The notes under the pieces were generated by a model. The model made no database searches. It saw nothing but the letters and a program-made list of their open reading frames with translations, and was not told where the DNA came from. From assembly GCA_951406725.2 (NCBI GenBank), contig OX597818.1, positions 67,518,001 to 67,582,000 of the forward strand: DNA of 64,000 bases, written 5' to 3'. Both the position numbers and the translations under genes were made by a program. Source of the stretch: Octopus vulgaris. Taxonomy: Eukaryota. Shown in pieces: positions 55,555 through 64,000 of this stretch (position 1 is its first letter; each line of letters begins with the position of its first letter).

Positions 55555-56203
55555 CAGAGAAAAAGTGAAGAAAAGGAGAAAAAATCAAACAGAGTTTACA
55601 TCGTTGCAACTGATAATGAACGTAGAATAACACGGCCTGCTAAGGTGAACCAGAAGTTATAGGAGAGGGCGTGAAGCAAGGAGAAGGAAAAGGGTGATGG
55701 AGAGACCAGAGGTAATTAAATACGGGATAGCTGCACAGAGAGCTTTGGAGGGGGATTAAAAAGGGTAAAAAATAATCAAGAGGAGGTGAAAAACGTCCAT
55801 TCATACCTGTTGCGGACATAGTGCCAAGATCAAATATCAGACGTTGCTCCTTTCCTTGCTTTTTTCGTTGCTCCTTTCGTTTCGTAAAGAAGAGAGATCC
55901 GTGATGCAAGGCCAAATCTGCTATAGATTGATTCACAGTGTTGAAGTGGGTGACCACAGGTTGGCCTGGCATACGAAACATTATGCTTCTGATATATTCG
56001 CCAAAACGATTCCCTCCCTAGTCGTTTCAGTTTGTACGTCTGTGTTTTTCCGCCTACCAACTTTTGACAACCGACAAACTAAGCGGTTCGGCAAAAGATA
56101 TCGGTAGACTAAGTACTAGGCTTACAAGTATTAAGTTCTTCGCCTAAAGACAGTGCTACAACATGTCCGCAGTCAAATGACTGAAACAAGTAAAAGAATA
56201 TAA

Positions 56204-56321
<118 letters not shown>

Positions 56322-56384
56322 GTTTAAATATTTGTTGTGCAAGATTTTATTGGCTAAACTGGCAATATGACCATTCCGAAATAT

Positions 56385-56420
<36 letters not shown>

Positions 56421-56452
56421 AAATAAATATAGACACGCATATACACATGTAA

Positions 56453-56506
<54 letters not shown>

Positions 56507-56711
56507 GTGTGTGTATATATAGGCGTATATACACCTCCCAACCTCATGGTTCAAGAGTGAGCCCCAGGGCGTTGCATCGTTGGCAAGATTATTCGAGCTT
56601 ATGCTCATCAACAGAAAGGAACACGAGGAAATAAAGAGAGAGAACAAATAAGTTTTGGAGTTAGCGATCAATCATAGTGACTTATATAAATATATATATA
56701 CATATATATAT

Positions 56712-56746
<35 letters not shown>

Positions 56747-58237
56747 GAGATAGATAGATAGATATATAGATAGATAGATAGATAGATAGATAGATTGATT
56801 GATTGGTTATGTTGCTTACAACCGTGGTTTCATATCGCTTCGTTAGAAACACTTCTTTTAAGGACTACATTTTATTACTTTGGAAACCTCTTCTTGGGTG
56901 GAAAGATTAGAGAGTCAAATTTCTATATTTTTAACTAATCTGTTCCAGAGTGAAAGTGATTTTTAGAGGACTAATGAACAGATAGAATCAAGTTTTCCTT
57001 GTAGAACTTGCAGTGCGCTTGAAAAATGAAATGTAGGGGTTGTTCAAGAAAATTTCCAGTAGTAATTTCCTTTTTAAACGAGGTAGTTAGATCAAAAAAT
57101 TTTAAAAACTTCTGCAATATATTCCTTAATCTTTCTTGCGATAACGAGGTGAAATAACTAACAGCGTTAAGTAGATCGTTCAGCTCAGAACAAACCACAA
57201 CTATTAAGTGGAAAGAATTAGCGGAGTTCATATAAAGGGCTGAGACGACTGAATCTATCGAATCCTCAAACTCATTCTCTCAGGCGGCAGGGAACCACAG
57301 TTCGACTTGGAAGATTATCAGACAACACCTGGCAGTGAGGATAATACTAATTCCGTCATCAGGGGTTTTAAGAAATGTTTGACTAAAATAAGTTCCTTGT
57401 TCGGTAGAATAGAAATCAGAGAAGAATTTGTAGCGACGAAAATTGTTCAACGATTTGGATAATATTTCATTCTTGAAACTTAGTTTAATGAACCAATTGA
57501 TAAATTTGCTGGACTTATCCCTTTGGCTGAAATTCCTGAACTCTTTTAGGTAGGCATCATCGTATCTAGTATAGCGACACTGAATGAGCCTAGGTCTAAT
57601 TTTAAGGGTTATAAGAACCAGTCAAGAACCATACATAACGGACCCCCGATATTATAAATAGAAATCCGTCTACCCGAATACAAGTGTAATTTCAAACGGG
57701 GCTTAAGTGACATTTGAACGGAAAATGCGTCGAAGCAAAATTAGTGAATGTGTTTGTGATAAAAACCAGCTTCACTACAAGATCTACAGCTTCACTGCAG
57801 CCAGAAGAAACCGAATTAAGATTAGAATCTCAACCTGAAAATATACATTTGTAATGTCACCTTAAATGTATCGAGTCCTTCACTGAAAATATCTACTCAC
57901 TCAATTCCTAAAACCTTAACTGTGAAATTAAATCGTCCTTTCTTGCCCAAGACCAACTCCGTAGTGTTGCTAAGAGTTTTTGCAAATTCTTCCTGTGTGA
58001 GACATTAGTAATTATCTTCGACTTGGTTTGACTTCATTTTATACGTTGGATTACTTTATGTCCCGTTCAAGCAGTCCAGTCGTAATTACATTCACGCATA
58101 TTGTATAACAGTCATTTACAGTGGTGAGGTCTATTTGACTTGAGCCGAAATTTCTGGTAACGTGCATCGCTTATAACACAAATTCACACGCACTCACACA
58201 CATATACATTTAAACACACGCACACACATATATATAT

Positions 58238-58300
<63 letters not shown>

Positions 58301-58302
58301 CA

Positions 58303-58348
<46 letters not shown>

Positions 58349-58351
58349 TAG

Positions 58352-58402
<51 letters not shown>

Positions 58403-59146
58403 TATATAAATATATATGTATACATATAAATGTATATACATACATATATACATATGTATGTGTGTGTGTGTTTGTATTTATACACATATGAATTTATATA
58501 GATGTATGTTTAGACGTACATATGTATATGAAAGGAGAGAGAATATGACACCAATTATTTGAAAGTGTATGAGGTGAACGATCAACACAGAAAACAATAA
58601 TCGATTTGAGAGAAAAGGGTTACAATACAAGTGTTGAAGACATTAATACACGTGTGAATATTTAGTAAACTGAAGCCAATTCCTATCTCGAGAAATCATA
58701 TTGACTGAGATGAATTATCACTTTTATCAAGTAAGTCACACCAAGTCTTCAGATTTGAAGTCGAGATTGAAAAACATAGAAACTGCGTTTGAATAAAACT
58801 GGCGACAAAAATATTTCATTTTTAAATCGGGGAGTGAGTAAGAAACATACAGACATATACCACCCTACGCCTAGCTTGAATCTATGTTATACCATTCAAT
58901 GTCATATTTATACACGAACATACAGATATACACACAGGTGCACTCATAGATATATTTGAACAAAGTTCTCATATTTCGCGAAACTATGAAAAATCATTGT
59001 GAAAATGCTCTTAATATATCTTAGCATCAAATAATATGTAGTCAGGCTTTTCTTCACTACAAGTTCGGCAAAAGTATGCAAATGTAACTAATAAAAAATG
59101 GCTGTATGCTTATGTACATTGTGTGTGTATGTATGTATAGATATTC

Positions 59147-59195
<49 letters not shown>

Positions 59196-59196
59196 T

Positions 59197-59590
59197 GTTT
59201 GTGTGGTAAGTAGCTTGTTTACCAACCACATGGTTCCGCGTTCAGTCCCACTGCGTGGCATCTTGGGTAAGTGTCTTCTACTGTAGCCTCGGGCCGACCA
59301 AAACCTTGTGAGTGGATTTGGTAGACGGAAACTGAAAGAAGCCCGTCGTGTATATGTATATATATGTATGTGCGTGTATGTTTGCGTGTCTGTGTTTGTC
59401 CCCCTATCATTGCTTGACAACCGATGCTATTGTGTTTACGTCGCCGTCACTTAGCGTTTCCGCAAAAGAAACCGATAGAATAAGAACTGGGCTTACAAAG
59501 AATAAGTCCCGGGGTCGAGTTGCTCGATTAAAGGCGGTGCTCCAGCATGGCCGCAGTCAAATGACTGAAACAAGTAAACGAGTAAAAGAG
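59197..59590 (+). mobile_element. SINE family A
   Basis: Full set of family A motifs. Confidence 0.92.
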
Positions 59591-59789
59591 AATATACACA
59601 CACGCATGCGCGCGCGCACACACACATATCTATATATATATATATATATTACGGAGATGTACTTGCATAGCAAGTGACTTAATTTCAGATCGTGCGCTGG
59701 AACGAAAACAATTGCAGCGTGGAAGGTGTTTATAAGCGATTTAATAAACACAGAAAAACCGTTCGATTCACTTCAACATTTAAATTTAA

Positions 59790-59840
59790 TTTGTCAAAAT
59801 ATTTTCGTCGCTTTGAGACCGCGGCTTGTTCACTGACAAA
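59790..59840 (-). ncRNA. Candidate hammerhead with G3-C8 swapped core
   Basis: Minus strand: TTTGTCA-GTGAACA-A-GCCGC-GGTCTCAAA-GCGAC-GAAA-ATAT-TT-TGACAAA. Confidence 0.5.
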
Positions 59841-59853
59841 ATTCCGTGCTGCA

Positions 59854-59902
<49 letters not shown>

Positions 59903-60638
59903 TATATGCCATAATGATATAATGTAAGATTATAAATGATAATTTTAGGAAGTAGTCAGTATGTTGAAAAAAACTTTTAGGTAAATTATACAAAATATTC
60001 TGTATTTATATACATAAATATACTGAGGTCAGCTAATTGCCTCGCCACGTACTGAATTAAAAGTAGAGACTAATGTCTTTTCAACTACCATACTACCATA
60101 AAATCTACGAGAAAATAACATAATAAATTATTATTATTAGTAATCTTACCCTATACCATCATTATTAAAATTATAAGTCACTCCCTGATGGAAACTCCAG
60201 TTGTCTGCGGGATAAGTCGTAGCACACACGTGGGTTTAAAGGATAAATATGAATCACACTCGTCTGTATATCTTTGGCTGTTTGGTTAAATATTAGTCAG
60301 GCAATGACGCTTGATTCCGTGCATTTTTATTCCAACACTTGCAAATTTACATTTGGATTATTACACTGAAGAGAACAATAGGTAATTATTTGTGACTTTA
60401 AATTCGAAACGCGTCTGTAATTAACCACAGTAATGTTGATTCATCGTTTTTCCTTTTGCCTTCATTCAAAAGTGTGCGATTTTCTCAACATTACGACAGT
60501 TGAAAATACATTAGCGTCCATTTCTAATTCAGTATGTTGCGAGACAATTAGCTGACCCCTTATTATAATTATATCTAGAGTTATAGAATATTTTATGTAT
60601 GTATATATACATACAACACACACACACACACACACACG

Positions 60639-60690
<52 letters not shown>

Positions 60691-60727
60691 TATAATATAT
60701 ATATATATATATGTGTGTGTATGTATG

Positions 60728-60777
<50 letters not shown>

Positions 60778-62671
60778 AATATACATATATACATATATAC
60801 TTCTCCTCGATGCTTTCCTGCGCGTGAAGAAACTCCTATTTTTTCCATTTACATATGAATATGTGTGTGTATATATATATATGTAGAGAGAGAGAGAGAG
60901 AGAGAGAAGGAGACTCTTTTGTGTATGTGTGCGCATGTTTGTGCGCGTGTGCACGCTTGTGCTTGTGTTTGTGATTCTGCGCATACGCAGGTTTTCTCTG
61001 TACGTGTATAGTACATGCATACAACACAGGCTTACGCTCTTCAGAAATTGTCTAGCAAAACAAAGATTTGAGAAATTCAATATTCATTTAGTTATTTATC
61101 AATCATGAAAAAATCTTATTGATATAAAAGAGAAAAACAAAAATTGAAAAATAGACAAATATTAAACTTAATATAAACATACTTAGAAAATTCAGGATTT
61201 ATAATAACGAAATAAACCATGGAAGGGAGAAAATCATAAAATAATAAAAAAAAAACACATCGTATAATTCAAATTTGTATCAAATATCAATAATTAAAAA
61301 TGAAATTACAAAATAAGGGTAAATTCGCATTTTGTAATCAGTCTTCATACAAAGTTTATTCTACCGTCTCTTACAGATTAATGTCTATCTTTAAGATTAT
61401 CTGTATGCGTGTATATGTAAATGCGTTGCCAAATATGTGCGTGAATGTGTGTATTGGTGTGTAAACCTTGCATTGATTCTGATAAGGAATTATCTTCGTT
61501 TTGCTGAGCATTTCCTCTGTCACTGCTTAATCATGTTTGCTTCTGAAAATATTCTTGTCATTTTTTTCCTGTTTACTTCATGTTTCGTCTCCAAATACTT
61601 TTTTTTTAATTCCTTGTGTGTGAAAGTCTGTGTATGTCTGTATGTCTGTATGTGCGTTTGTGTTTGTGTGTGTATAAAAGTGGGCGTTGTAATATCGTTT
61701 TATTTCTTTAGCGCAAAATAGTTAAACATCATTGTTAAATGAAAGACAAACATGATTAAAACCATTCTTTCATTATTTCTATTGTTGTATCCTTCTTTTA
61801 ATACTCTTACAAATACAAACGTTTTCTTGTTTGTAGTAGCAATTCCTTATTTCTTCATCTCGGTGATGATATAATCTGACTACATTTCTGTTTCCTTCGA
61901 TTTTTCTATATTAAACATATTCACATCTTTCTCTCCAATTCAGTGTAATTCTTTCAGCAGAATATCTTTCTTTAACACTCTTACGTATATCCTTTCTTTC
62001 CACATTCAGTTACAAATCATACTTTTTTTCTCTAAACTTTCTTATAAATCCCATTCTCTATATACGTGTTGTCAGTGACTTAGTGCTTCATATCTATGTG
62101 TTCCTCTGTGTCTTAATATGGGTGTGTGCACTTGTGTGCATGTGTATGAATATTGTGGGCGGATAAAATCACAGTCACAGACATCCTTATAAATTTCAAA
62201 ATTTATTATCTAAAACATACATTTCCATTCTGCCATCAGTCAGTGACAACGACCACATGAAACGTTGTTACATATTTCAGTCTTTTGCCAGTGTTTCTGT
62301 GAAGGCCGTGATCCTGAGGTGTTACCATAGCAATGCTTCATTTTAACACGAGATTAAAATGTCGTCCCTACCGATCGGCCGACGATATTTTTTATACGTT
62401 TGAGTTATGCGGTGTGTTTTTGTCTTTTACTTAATTATTTTCTCCCTTCTATGGTTTTATTTTGCTATTTTACAACAGGGTTTTCTACGTATGTTTATAT
62501 TAACGACACACAAGTCCTTAATAGGACTCACGTGTCTTATGAAACAATACTTCTAAGACCAAATAGCGTCATGCTAAGTTTATAAATATATTACATAGTT
62601 TATGCAAATCGATATTTCAATCAAATATTATTTCTTATGCATCAATTTCTTTAACATTATCCTGGCCGCTA

Positions 62672-63230
62672 CGGCGGTGAACTGGCAGAATCGTCAGCAC
62701 GCCGGGCGAAATGCGTTGCCATATTTCGTTTGCCGTTACGCTCTGTGTTCAAATTCCGCCGAGGTCGACTTTGCTTTTCATCCTTTCGGGTTCTATAAAT
62801 TAAGTACCAGTTACACACTGGGGTCAATTTAATCGACTTAATCCGTTTGTCTGCCCTTGTTTGTCCCCTCTGTATTTAGCACCTCAAGGTGTAGTAAAGA
62901 AATAGGTATTTCGTCTGTCTTTACGTTCTGAGTTCAAATTCCACCAAGGTCGACTTTTTCTTTCATCCTTTCGATGTCGATTAAATAAGTACCAGTTACG
63001 CACTGGAGTCGATATAATCGACTTAATCTGTTTGTCTGTTCTTGTTAGCCCCCTGTGGCAATAAAGAAATGAGAAACGTTAGCACGTCGAGCGAAGTGTT
63101 TATCAATATTTCGTCTGTCTTTGCATCATTTTGGGGTCGATAAGTTAGGTACCAGTTGCATAGTGAGGAAGATCTTATCGACTCGCCCCCTCCCCCAAAA
63201 TTCCAGGCCTTTTGTCTATTGAAGAAAAGA
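62672..63230 (+). mobile_element. Tandem/partial multimer of SINE family B
   Basis: A full copy to about 62903, a 5'-truncated copy to about 63070, and a third degenerate piece. Confidence 0.88.
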
Positions 63231-63813
63231 TTATCCTGGCCGCTTTCCACTGAAATCAATAAATATTTTGCATATCTATATCGGAATCTATATTTTTCGG
63301 TTCAGTTTCGGATGTCCATGCCTGTTTGTCACCAACAAATAATATTGAAAAACTGTGCCTGTCCATCGCCTGAATATATTTTCTGCGATGTTCGTTTAAA
63401 TAAATACACAATTACATATATTGTTTTATAAAAAACAAGATAGGATATTTAGTTAATACTAGATTACCGTGACTAGTATTGTTAAAACTTGGACAGCATG
63501 ACTTAATGCCTAGAATTTTTATCCAGTTGGACAGTTTTGTATTCATATTTGAATACGAAATATACGTAGCCGAAGCTGTGGTCTTGAGTTCAAGATGTTC
63601 GCTATACTAGCACTCAGAGTCAGTCTAACGTAAAGCAACTTACCATGTGGCAGATATTTGTGGTCTGAGAAATTCTTCTACAAAGATTACTAAGCAAAGA
63701 AAAACTATATACAGGCGTTGGTGTTTTTTGCGATAGTGGTATCAATTCTATACACGCACACACACACACGCACACACACACACATGCACACACACACATA
63801 TATATATAAATAT

Positions 63814-64000
63814 GTTTCTTTATTACCCACATGGGGCTAAACATAGAGGGGCCAAACAAGGACAGACAAACGAATGAAGTCGATTACATCGACCACAGTG
63901 CGTAAGTGGTACTTAATTTATCGACCCCGAAAGGATGAAAGGCAAAGTCAACCTCGGCTGAATTTGAACTCAGAACGTAACGGCAGACGAAATACGGCGA
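63814..64000 (-). mobile_element. SINE family B (runs off window end)
   Basis: Matches 31469-31698. Confidence 0.9.

Overview
AT-rich, microsatellite-dense animal DNA with no intact protein-coding gene. The repeat content suggests an octopus/cephalopod genome (inference). Almost all ORFs in the track are microsatellite artefacts. The recognisable content is: several tRNA-headed SINE families; decayed Penelope-like elements (PLEs, one with a GIY-YIG remnant); three stacked R4/Dong-type LINE 3' ends in (TAA)n; RTE LINE tails; mariner and maT/Tc1 remnants; two non-autonomous Helitrons; an internally deleted Gypsy LTR element; and a probable decayed tyrosine-kinase pseudogene. The main unexplained signal is a dense set of hammerhead ribozyme (HHR) motifs in non-coding repeats with PLE-like inverted or tandem ends. 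These include a TSD-flanked retrozyme-like element with two tandem HHRs 364 nt apart, a tRNA-headed SINE with an HHR tail, core variants (CCGAUGA; a G3-C8 swap GUGAACA), and three loci where HHR core strands occur in a non-canonical reversed order. All folds were read by eye and none were computed.
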